Shown here: one piece after another, positions 17,967 through 25,841 of the stretch | Layout of the letters: every line of letters begins with the position of its first letter | How positions within the stretch are numbered: position 1 is the stretch's first letter | NCBI GenBank assembly: GCA_964482395.1 | Contig: CAYZXK010000195.1 | Span: forward strand, 1-44,623 | Source of the DNA: an uncultured Planctomycetales bacterium | GTDB taxonomy: Bacteria; Planctomycetota; Phycisphaerae; UBA1845; Fen-1342 | Reading direction: 5' to 3' | DNA: 44,623 nt | The notes under the pieces: model-generated | Seen by the model: only the letters and a program-made list of their open reading frames with translations | Database searches by the model: none | Told to the model about the DNA's origin: nothing | Made by a program: the position numbers and the translations under genes

Positions 17967-18710
17967 TCAGGGCAAAGGCGTATCTTCGTCCACGACCTCC
18001 GCGTCCTCGGGAATCTTCAGCCGGAAGCGATCCGGGTCGATCGGCACGTCGATCTTGATCTCGCTGTAGGTCATGGTGGTGATCGGCTTCCCTTCCGCGT
18101 CCAGCCCCACCAGCTTCACCAGAAACCCGGTTTCCTGGTCAAAGTAGATCTGCTGCCTCATGGACTTGTCCGGAGTTGCCTGCTGGGGCGGCAGCTTGGG
18201 CGTGGCCTCGATCACGTACACCTTGCGACCGTCCACCGTGTCTTCCGGAAGCAGCTTGAGGTCGTTGACCTTGCGCAGTTGCTCCAGTCGGGCCTTGGGC
18301 TCGCCGGTCAGGTAAGGCTCGACTTTGGTCTTGAAAACCTGCTTCTTCCCAAACGCCTCATACAGGGTCTGGGCGGTCTCTCCGTCGCTCACCATCGTCA
18401 TCTGTTGCTCGATGACGCGTTCTTCCTCGCCCACCTTGTGAGTCATTTTGGATTTCAGCTCCAGGCGGCTGCGCAGCCTGTCGCCGTCTTTGATGAATTC
18501 GTAGGTGCCCGAACCGGTACTCTCCCGGTTCTCGCCCATTAACAATATTCGGTTGACCAGGGCGACCTTGGCCGAGATGGACCTGTGCTTGTTCCAGGCC
18601 TCGGCGATTTTCTTCTCTACCGTCTCCAGGTCGTCCCCGCCCAGGGCCGCCGCGGCCTGTCCGAGGACCAGCCCCGCCAACCAGACCCATCGTGTTAGCG
18701 TCATGTGCAT
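17967..18710 (-). CDS. LolA-like secreted protein (outer-membrane lipoprotein-sorting protein family), paralog of 4777..5661
   Basis: The signal peptide is MHMTLTRWVWLAGLVLGQAAAALG. Blocks shared with 4777..5661 are listed under that feature. By eye the gene is less GC-rich than its neighbours (many AAG/GAA codons). Confidence 0.75.
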   Translation of the reverse strand: MHMTLTRWVWLAGLVLGQAAAALGGDDLETVEKKIAEAWNKHRSISAKVALVNRILLMGENRESTGSGTYEFIKDGDRLRSRLELKSKMTHKVGEEERVIEQQMTMVSDGETAQTLYEAFGKKQVFKTKVEPYLTGEPKARLEQLRKVNDLKLLPEDTVDGRKVYVIEATPKLPPQQATPDKSMRQQIYFDQETGFLVKLVGLDAEGKPITTMTYSEIKIDVPIDPDRFRLKIPEDAEVVDEDTPLP

Positions 18711-18850
18711 GCTCCTGTACTTCCATCAGCTTGACACGCGCGAGCTTGCCCGCTGACCGGGCTGCGGTCATTCTACCCGACGGCGGGGCCTGGTGACAGC
18801 CGCCGGAACGCGTTCCGCAGGTTACCGTAGCTGCCATTTGGAGAGACGCC

Positions 18851-19873
18851 TTGTTACGCGGGCTGCGACGCTGGGTGACCGGTTGGGCCACGGACGCCGG
18901 GATGTGGATGGCGCCCCAGCTCTCCGCAGCGGCCGTGGATCGGATCGGGCATTGGATTGGCCGGTGCGGGGGGCACTTGCCGCTGCTGGTCGGCGCGGTA
19001 GCCGACAACATGCGTGCGGCGGGAGTCTATTCGCCGGCTGCCGTGCGCGATTACTTTGTGCAGGTAGGCATTCACCTGGCCGGGGCTTTGCACGCTTTGC
19101 GATCGGCCGGCGCCCGGTCAGCACACGATCGCGGCTTCGAGCTGGCCGAGCTGGCCCGAGCCCGGATCGAGCTTGACGCATCGGTCGGCCGGCTGGGGGA
19201 AGTAGCCGCGACCGGCGGAGTCATCCTGGTCGGCCCGCACATTGCCAACTACCTGCTCGGCTTGGCCCGATTGAACCAGGAGATTCCGCTGACGGTTTAC
19301 CTGCGTCACTCCAAGGACCCGCGGCGGCAGGAAGCCAAACGCCGCTGGTGTCGGGCCGCAGGGGTGGAATGGATTTGCGAACCGCCGGATGTCGGCTCGG
19401 CACTCGGGCGGCTCGGCCCAATGGCCGCCGCGCTGCGCAACAACCGGGCTCTGTTCATTACGCCGGATCTTCCGCAGAAACGCGGCCAGGGCGTGCCAGT
19501 GGATCTGTTTGGCCGCCGCATCTGCTTGCCGGCCGGTCCGGCCTGGCTGGCCCTGCGGACCAGGGCACCGATGTACCTGTTGCTGGCCGAGGTCCGCGAT
19601 CAGGGCCAGCGTCTGATTGTCCATGGCCCGTTTGAGCACCTTGGAGCTTCGTCCGGTCGAGCGGAGCGTCGCACTGAGGTCCAACGCCGGATGCAGTGGT
19701 TCGCTGCCAAGCTGGAGCGCTTTCTGCGGGAGCAGACTCCGCTGTGGTACCTGTGGGGTGACAAGCGCTGGACGCGCCTGTTCCATGGCGACCGTCGATA
19801 CGTTTCGCTGCCCCGGCCCGACCGCAGCCCGGCTCGGCCCGCGGCGGTTGCGTACGCCCATTACCCGCACTGA
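18851..19873 (+). CDS. lysophospholipid/lipid A acyltransferase family protein (LPLAT, HtrB/LpxL-like)
   Basis: The start is a TTG with a GGAGAGA RBS 4 nt upstream. VILVGPHIANYLLG resembles the LPLAT HX4(D/E) acyltransferase motif (compare H(F/L)GNWE in LpxL). Overall the protein resembles Kdo2-lipid IVA acyltransferases. Confidence 0.55.
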   Translation: MLRGLRRWVTGWATDAGMWMAPQLSAAAVDRIGHWIGRCGGHLPLLVGAVADNMRAAGVYSPAAVRDYFVQVGIHLAGALHALRSAGARSAHDRGFELAELARARIELDASVGRLGEVAATGGVILVGPHIANYLLGLARLNQEIPLTVYLRHSKDPRRQEAKRRWCRAAGVEWICEPPDVGSALGRLGPMAAALRNNRALFITPDLPQKRGQGVPVDLFGRRICLPAGPAWLALRTRAPMYLLLAEVRDQGQRLIVHGPFEHLGASSGRAERRTEVQRRMQWFAAKLERFLREQTPLWYLWGDKRWTRLFHGDRRYVSLPRPDRSPARPAAVAYAHYPH

Positions 19874-19877
19874 CCCG

Positions 19878-20672
19878 ATGCTCGCGCTGCTGCTATTGGT
19901 ACTGCTGGTAGCGATCATGTGGTCCACGCAGACCATCCTGCTCTGGGCCACGGGCCGGCCGCTGCGCCTGCGGATCAGCCTCGCCGGCCTGCCGCGACCT
20001 CTGAAGTTGCTAAGCCGGACGATCAATGGGTGCGCGCTGGCGGCCATCCTTCTGACGTTCCCCATCTTGCGCGGCGTATCGCCGGTGGACTACTATGGGG
20101 GCTTGTTCCCAGGCCTGACGCGGCCGCGAGAGATGCTTCACGGGGCCGCTGCGGCAACCCTGTATCTGGCATTGGTCTATCTGGCCTGGACCGTCACCGA
20201 CAACGTTCGTTTCCAGATACGTCACTCGTGGGGACGCCTGATTCGGCGACTGGCCGGGGTGCCGCCGACCGCGTTGCTGATCGCGACTTTCGAGGAACTG
20301 TTGTTCCGCGGTATGCTCTTGAGCGACCTTCTGCGATCCTTCACCCCGGCGATCGCGGTCGGGGTGGGCGCGGCCGCGTTTGCCGCGGCCCACTACCTCC
20401 GCCCGGTCAAGCGCTACTGGACCTTTCCCGGACACCTCGCCTTGGGTGTGCTCCTGTGCCTGAGCTTCCTCTGGACGCGGGCCCTGTGGCTGCCGATCGG
20501 CCTGCATGCCGGCGGCGTGCTGGTCCTCATGGCGGTCCGGCCATTCATCCGCTATACCGGCCCGGCCTGGCTGGCCGGAGCCAGCATCTTCCCCTATGCC
20601 GGCCTGGTCGGCGTTCTCGCTTTGGGGCTGCTTACGCTCAACATGTGGCTTTCATTCGGTGGTGCGGCATGA
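19878..20672 (+). CDS. CPBP family intramembrane glutamic endopeptidase (second copy in window)
   Basis: This is ORF 19617..20672. The internal ATG at 19878 lies 4 nt after the stop of 18851..19873 and gives MLALLLLVLLVAIMW. CPBP motifs present are EELLFRGMLL (EExxxR), FAAAHY (FxxxH) and a later His in LHAGGV. It is a multi-pass membrane protein. Confidence 0.7.
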   Translation: MLALLLLVLLVAIMWSTQTILLWATGRPLRLRISLAGLPRPLKLLSRTINGCALAAILLTFPILRGVSPVDYYGGLFPGLTRPREMLHGAAAATLYLALVYLAWTVTDNVRFQIRHSWGRLIRRLAGVPPTALLIATFEELLFRGMLLSDLLRSFTPAIAVGVGAAAFAAAHYLRPVKRYWTFPGHLALGVLLCLSFLWTRALWLPIGLHAGGVLVLMAVRPFIRYTGPAWLAGASIFPYAGLVGVLALGLLTLNMWLSFGGAA

Positions 20673-21097
20673 ACACCCAGACGTGCTCGGCAAACGTCGC
20701 GGTCGTGTGCGACCGGCACGGCGGCGATGCGGCGGCGGTGCAAACCTACCTGCAACAGCAACAGCTCCAGGCGGAATGGTACGAGCCGGGCGACAGCGAC
20801 GACCTCGATCGAGCGGTCCGCGAAGGCCGCCTCCGGCGAGTCATCTTCGCCCGACTGGACCACTTCCTGACTGCCCTGTGGAGCCGGAGCCTCACCGCGC
20901 AGGCTTGGCTGACCGTCAGCCCGCAAATGGATTTCGCCTGCGGCGTCCCCGCCGAGGATCGAGCCTGGGCTGCCGCGATCCTGAGAAGCTGGGTGCGCTG
21001 GCAACGCGGCCATAGGCGCCGACAGACCGTGAGCGGGCTCATACTGAGCGCAATCGCGCTGGCCGCCGCGTTTATATTGCTGGCCTTGGAAAGATAG
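20669..21097 (+). CDS. small hypothetical protein with a C-terminal transmembrane anchor (142 aa)
   Basis: The ATG at 20669 overlaps the stop of the CPBP gene (ATGA), in the frame of ORF 19919..21097. It gives MNTQTCSANVAVVCDRHGGD...SGLILSAIALAAAFILLALER. I recognise no domain. Confidence 0.45.
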   Translation: MNTQTCSANVAVVCDRHGGDAAAVQTYLQQQQLQAEWYEPGDSDDLDRAVREGRLRRVIFARLDHFLTALWSRSLTAQAWLTVSPQMDFACGVPAEDRAWAAAILRSWVRWQRGHRRRQTVSGLILSAIALAAAFILLALER

Positions 21098-21142
21098 CCG
21101 CTTTCTGTCAGACCGGACGTGCGGCGTCGGCCCGCACCGGCG

Positions 21143-22258
21143 TCACCACGGGTCGGCCACGTGACAGAGCTGTCCGGTCCGGGCGATGTAGTCCTGGTGA
21201 TACTCCTCGGCCGGCCAGAAAGTCTTGGCCGCCTCGACCCGAGTGACGATCGGACTGGCCCCGTAGCGCCGGCTGGTCGTCAGTTCCCGGATGAACGACT
21301 CGGCCTCCTGCTTTTGCCGCTGGGTGGTGTACCAGATGCCGGACCGGTACTGGGTGCCCACATCCGGCCCCTGCCGATCGAGCTGGGTAGGGTCGTGCAT
21401 CTTGAAGAAGGCTTCCAACAGCCGGCGGTAGGTCAGCCGACGAGGATCGAAAATCACCTTCACCGTCTCCGCGTGCCCGGTCGTGCCGCTGCGGACTTGC
21501 TGATAGGTCGGATTCTCCACGTGCCCCTGCATGTATCCGCTGACCGCGTCCAGCACGCCCGGCCCCTGTTTGAAGTAGTGCTGAACGCCCCAGAAGCACC
21601 CGCCGGCAAAGTAGGCCACCTCGGTTTCCACCGGCCGGCTCTCAGCCGGCAGAGCCGCATCCTGGGAGTAAAACTTCAGCGCCGCTGAGTTCAGGCAGTA
21701 GCGCTGGCCGGTGGGCCGGGGACCGTCATCGAAAACGTGCCCCAGGTGCGCCCCACAGCGAGCACAGCGGATTTCAGTGCGGACCATCCCATGACTGCGA
21801 TCGGTCCGCCGCTCAAGGTGATCCGGGTCGATCTCACGATAGAAGCTCGGCCAGCCGGTCCCGGACTTGAACTTGTGTTGGCTGGCGAACAGCGGCAGCC
21901 CGCAAACCACGCAGCAGTAGGTGCCCTCCTGCTGATTGTCCAGCAGACTGCCGCAGAAAGCCGGCTCCGTATCGGCCTGCTGCGTGACGCGGTACGCTTC
22001 CGCCGACAGCTTGCTGGCGAGCCTGGCCACTTCCTCCGACGGAAGTGGAGTGACATCGTAACCGGACTTCGAGTACCTGATCTTCATCTGTGGTTCGACT
22101 CCTGTAGCTGCTCGGGAAACGGTCGGCCTCGGCTCCCCCGGCTCAGCGCTCTCGCTCGGCTGCGCTCCGGCCGGATCGACCCCGCCGACGCGCACCAGCA
22201 AGAGTAGCGCGATGATCCGCCGCAGAACCGCCCTCGGGCTTGTGAGTGCCTGGGACAT
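21143..22258 (-). CDS. msrAB: bifunctional peptide-methionine sulfoxide reductase MsrB-MsrA with signal peptide (periplasmic)
   Basis: The N-terminal half is MsrB, with zinc-ribbon Cys pairs and the GWPSF...[14 protein letters not shown] active site. The C-terminal half is MsrA, with the GGCFWG active site. A signal-peptide-like N-terminus ([24 protein letters not shown]) precedes both. Confidence 0.9.
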   Translation of the reverse strand: MSQALTSPRAVLRRIIALLLLVRVGGVDPAGAQPSESAEPGEPRPTVSRAATGVEPQMKIRYSKSGYDVTPLPSEEVARLASKLSAEAYRVTQQADTEPAFCGSLLDNQQEGTYCCVVCGLPLFASQHKFKSGTGWPSFYREIDPDHLERRTDRSHGMVRTEIRCARCGAHLGHVFDDGPRPTGQRYCLNSAALKFYSQDAALPAESRPVETEVAYFAGGCFWGVQHYFKQGPGVLDAVSGYMQGHVENPTYQQVRSGTTGHAETVKVIFDPRRLTYRRLLEAFFKMHDPTQLDRQGPDVGTQYRSGIWYTTQRQKQEAESFIRELTTSRRYGASPIVTRVEAAKTFWPAEEYHQDYIARTGQLCHVADPW

Positions 22259-22338
22259 TTACAGGATTATAGACCCCCGCCGCCCCGCAACGCCCACCGT
22301 CCCTCGAGTCAGGGTTCAAGCCGGACGATCAGCGAGTC

Positions 22339-25323
22339 CTAGCAGGCAGCCCAGCCGCAGGCCGGATTCGAGCACCGGCTGCAACCTTCCTGCAAAGCCA
22401 GTACCTCGCCGCACTCCGGACAGCGCAGCTTGTAGAGTCCGGCCAAGCTCCCACCCGGTTGCGGGTTGACCAGCAGATCCGACAGTTGCGAAGCCATCAA
22501 GCTACGTTTCTCGGCCCGGCTTATGCTCCAGGCAGTCTCCGTTTCCTGTGCCAGGTCGGCAGCCACGCCCGACCGCTGGTCAACCTCGTACGAGTCGACG
22601 ACCGCGACCGCAGTCTCTTGGAAATCATGGCCGTTGCCACCGCCGTTGCCGTTGCCGCCCTCGACGTGCAGCGCCTTCGGTGGCTGGGCCTGGTCCTCCC
22701 GCAGGGCGGACTGACCCGCGCGGATCTCCAACTGGTCGGCCGCGGCTGCCGGCCGGACATGACCGACCGCCTGGCGGCGACCGCCGTTCCCGCCTGGACC
22801 GGACGGCTTCGGACTGGGGGCCGGATTCGGCTGGCGGGGCGTACAGACCGGACTGTCCAGCTCGGACAGGTCGATCTCGCCCAGCAACAACTGGCGAAGT
22901 CCGAAACGCTCCTTGGCCCGGGCGTACTTCTTGAGAGCGCAAGCCAAGCCGTCGGCCAGAGAGGTGATCCGACCCGAGCGTGTAGGAATCTGAAGGGAGG
23001 AACCGATCCCTTCGAGCTGCTTGATGACCAGATGCAGGCTGCCGCCGGACCGCAGCCAGAGCGAAATCAGCCGGCAAATCGCTTCCAGGTCGCTGGTGGC
23101 CACGTCGCCGCCTTTGCCGAGCTGAGCGAAGACTTCCAGCTCCCGGTTAAATCGCGGATCGACCGTGATCTTCACGTGCATGTTGCCAAACGGCGTCATT
23201 TGCCGGATGCGCAGCCCGCTCACGATCTCGGGCAGGTCCATGGGCTCGATGTAAGGTGGATGGTCGCTCGGAACCGTTACCGCCGGGCTGCTCGGAACGT
23301 CCGTCGGCTGCGGATCCGCCGGTGGGTCACGGTCGCAGTCGGCGTTCCGCGCGGTCTGTTCAGGGGGATCGCACTGGCCGGCCGTCCAATCTTCATCTCC
23401 TTTGAGCGACATCGGCTGGCAGGCTCGACACTGATCGCGGTAGACCGTGACCCCTTTGCAGTCCAACTGATAAGCCAGGCGGTAGATTCGATCCACGTCC
23501 TGGCGAGTGGCCTGAGCCGGAAAGTTGATGGTCTTGCTGATCGAGGCGTCGCAATGCCGCTGGAAGGCGGCCTGCATCTGTATGTGCCACTCCGGGGCGA
23601 TGTCCCGGGCGCATACGAACACCCGCTTCACGTCCGCCGGCACCTCCGGAATGTTGGCCAGCGTGCCCTCCCGGGCCACCCGGTCGATCAGCTCTTCGCT
23701 ATAGAAACCGCGCCGCAGGGCGACCTGCCGAAAAACCTCATTGACCTCGATCAGCGGACGGTCTCCTTCGAGCTGGCCGCGCAGCACGTTCCGGACGAAC
23801 GCCAGGGAGTACAGCGGCTCGATCCCACCCGAGCAGTCCGCGATGATGCTGATGGTCCCGGTCGGCGCGACCGTCGTGACCGCCGCGTTGCGCATCAGCC
23901 GATTATGCCGGGTGTGCCAGACGCTACCCGTCCAATTGGGGAAGCATCCGCGCTGCCGGGCCAGCTCCTCGCTGCACTGATGGGCCTGCTCGTTGACGAA
24001 CTTCATGAACCGTTCGCCCCAGGCGATCCCCTCCTCACTGTTGTAGGCCACCCCCAACTTGAACAGCGCGTCGGCAAAACCCATCACGCCCAGCCCGATC
24101 TTGCGGTTATCTCGGCACATCCGCTCGATCTCCGGCAGGGGGTAGTTGTTAGCATCGATCACGTCGTCCAAAAAACGGGTCGCCACCCGGGTCGCCTCCG
24201 CCAGAGCTGCCCAGTCTACTTCCGCCTCCGGCTGGCAGGCGTTGCGGACAAAATGCCCCAGATTCAGGCTGCCGAGGTTGCACGCCTCGTATGGCAACAG
24301 CGGCTGCTCCCCGCAGGGATTAGTGGCTTCGATCCGGCCCAGCAGGGGCGTAGGGTTGTCCCGGTTGATCCGATCAATAAAAACCACCCCCGGCTCGCCG
24401 GTCTGCCAGGCATTCTCGACGATGATGTTCCAGATATCGCCCTTGGTATAAACCTTTCCGCGCAGCTCCTCCGGAAGCGGGCCGGTCATACGCGGAGTCT
24501 GAAAATAGGTCGCCCGGCTGGTCGGCGGAACCGGCTCTACGCATTCCACCTCCGGCAGGTCCCGAATGGTGTACTTCCATATCTCAACGTTACGCGGAAA
24601 TACGTAGGCCCGGCCGTTCCGCGGGTTGCGCACCACGTGTGGCGAGTCCGGATCCGCCAAGAACTCCTCCATCCATGAGTCGGTAACTTTGACCGATATG
24701 TTATAATTCGTAAACTGATTGAGGTCCTGTTTCGCATGCAAAAACTTCAGGATATCGGGGTGATGAATGTACATCATCCCCATGTTTGCCCCACGTCGGA
24801 ATGCGCCCTGCTGGATGGCGTTGGTGGCTTCACTGAAGGCCCGCCAGAAGCTTATCGGCCCACTGGTCGTGCCGCCGCTGGACTTGATGAAGTCTCCGGT
24901 GGGGCGCAGCTCGTCGAATGCGAACCCGGTGCCGCCCCCGGCCTTCTGGATTAGGGCCGTGTGCTTGATACTGTTGAAAATATCCACGATCGAGTCGCGG
25001 ACTGGCAGCACGAAGCAAGCCGAGAGCATGCCCATCTCGCGGCCGGCGTTCATCAGGGTTGGCGAGTTGGGCATGAATGCACCGCTGCTCATCAGGCGGT
25101 AGAAGCGGCCTTCCCACTTTCGGCGTTGGTCCTCGGAAACGCCGTAACCGATTTCGGATTCGGCTACCACTCTGGCCACTCGCCGAAACAGGTCAGCGGG
25201 CGTCTCCAGCAACCTTCCGGACTCATCTTTCTTTAAGTAACGAGCTTCCAGTACCTTGCGAGCGTTTTCGGTCAAAGACAGCCCATCCATGGGGTTCTCG
25301 GAGCTTGGTGCTGCGGAGTTCAT
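22339..25323 (-). CDS. nrdJ: adenosylcobalamin-dependent ribonucleoside-diphosphate/triphosphate reductase, class II (NrdJ)
   Basis: The 994-aa protein has an ATP-cone-like N-terminus (LTENARKVLEARYLKK) and core RNR motifs (NPCGEQPL, PTGTISIIADCSGGIEP, FGNMHVKITVD...EVFAQLGKGGD). The C-terminus is a zinc ribbon (CPECG...CSRCSNPACGW). An AGGAG RBS lies 9 nt upstream of the ATG. Confidence 0.92.
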   Translation of the reverse strand: MNSAAPSSENPMDGLSLTENARKVLEARYLKKDESGRLLETPADLFRRVARVVAESEIGYGVSEDQRRKWEGRFYRLMSSGAFMPNSPTLMNAGREMGMLSACFVLPVRDSIVDIFNSIKHTALIQKAGGGTGFAFDELRPTGDFIKSSGGTTSGPISFWRAFSEATNAIQQGAFRRGANMGMMYIHHPDILKFLHAKQDLNQFTNYNISVKVTDSWMEEFLADPDSPHVVRNPRNGRAYVFPRNVEIWKYTIRDLPEVECVEPVPPTSRATYFQTPRMTGPLPEELRGKVYTKGDIWNIIVENAWQTGEPGVVFIDRINRDNPTPLLGRIEATNPCGEQPLLPYEACNLGSLNLGHFVRNACQPEAEVDWAALAEATRVATRFLDDVIDANNYPLPEIERMCRDNRKIGLGVMGFADALFKLGVAYNSEEGIAWGERFMKFVNEQAHQCSEELARQRGCFPNWTGSVWHTRHNRLMRNAAVTTVAPTGTISIIADCSGGIEPLYSLAFVRNVLRGQLEGDRPLIEVNEVFRQVALRRGFYSEELIDRVAREGTLANIPEVPADVKRVFVCARDIAPEWHIQMQAAFQRHCDASISKTINFPAQATRQDVDRIYRLAYQLDCKGVTVYRDQCRACQPMSLKGDEDWTAGQCDPPEQTARNADCDRDPPADPQPTDVPSSPAVTVPSDHPPYIEPMDLPEIVSGLRIRQMTPFGNMHVKITVDPRFNRELEVFAQLGKGGDVATSDLEAICRLISLWLRSGGSLHLVIKQLEGIGSSLQIPTRSGRITSLADGLACALKKYARAKERFGLRQLLLGEIDLSELDSPVCTPRQPNPAPSPKPSGPGGNGGRRQAVGHVRPAAAADQLEIRAGQSALREDQAQPPKALHVEGGNGNGGGNGHDFQETAVAVVDSYEVDQRSGVAADLAQETETAWSISRAEKRSLMASQLSDLLVNPQPGGSLAGLYKLRCPECGEVLALQEGCSRCSNPACGWAAC

Positions 25324-25449
25324 TTCTGGAACTCCTGCTTTCTGGGTTTTTTGCTATTGATTGGATCCGTTACGACCCATTGAGTAGCGGGCATCGTCCG
25401 CCATCGACTTGGGCCGGGTGACGGGCCCCACATTTAGGGGGCAACCTTT

Positions 25450-25479
25450 AGTATACCCCAAGATGTTGGGGGCGTCAAA
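25450..25479 (-). promoter_or_regulatory. putative sigma70-type promoter for nrdJ (TTGACG-17-TATACT)
   Basis: On the minus strand I read ggttTTGACGcccccaacatcttggggTATACTaaagg, about 150 nt upstream of the nrdJ ATG, in a relatively AT-rich 518-bp divergent intergenic region. Coordinates were counted by hand and may be off by 1 or 2. Confidence 0.3.
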
Positions 25480-25841
25480 ACCAATCCACGCTTTCCTAAG
25501 ATTTCCCATAAACCTCGTATCCCCAACAGGTTGTATTCGGCGCCCTGACTCCATCAATATGTTAGCGCCAGCAAACGGCACTGACGAGCAACCGCCCCGG
25601 AGCGCGGTTCGGTTAGGTCGTTCCCAGCAGGGTTCAGCTCCTGATCGCTTACGGTCAACCCGCCTCGGCCCCGTACGTTCCGATAACCTGATGCCCGCTG
25701 GAGGGATGGATTGGAGCCCGGCAGCCCGGGCCACCATATCGTTGACTCGACCGCTGGTCCGCAACCGCCGAGCAGGCTACATTTTGTAGCCTGGCCTTCG
25801 GTGAGCGGTCGGAACCGGGGCCTGCCCGATCAAGGTGCAGC

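Noticed and set aside
20669-21097. Degenerate serine-recombinase-like N-terminal domain in the 142-aa protein
   Set aside because: It resembles the resolvase catalytic domain only loosely (VAVVCDRHGGD...WYEPGDSD...VIFARLDHF). The catalytic Ser is absent, there is no HTH domain, and the C-terminus is a TM anchor. This is probably coincidental.
21098-21142. GTGCGG...CCGCAC hairpin between convergent genes as a terminator
   Set aside because: The stem is short (6 bp) and no U-tract follows on either strand. This is insufficient for an intrinsic terminator call.
22459-24678. 739-aa ORF on the plus strand
   Set aside because: It is antisense to nrdJ. The sequence is low-complexity and Arg/Gly/Pro/Asp-rich with no recognisable domain.
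22339-25323. Intein within the 994-aa NrdJ
   Set aside because: I see no intein splicing motifs (an N-terminal Cys/Ser block, a LAGLIDADG/HNH endonuclease, or a C-terminal HN-C/S/T junction). The length is within the range of long class II RNRs with a C-terminal zinc ribbon.
25324-25841. Cobalamin riboswitch upstream of nrdJ or the B12-radical SAM gene
   Set aside because: By eye I could not find the conserved B12 box (GCCACUG) or the GGGAA...GGUG core on either strand. B12-dependent enzymes are also usually not the ones repressed by B12 riboswitches. I left it as a search to run rather than a claim.
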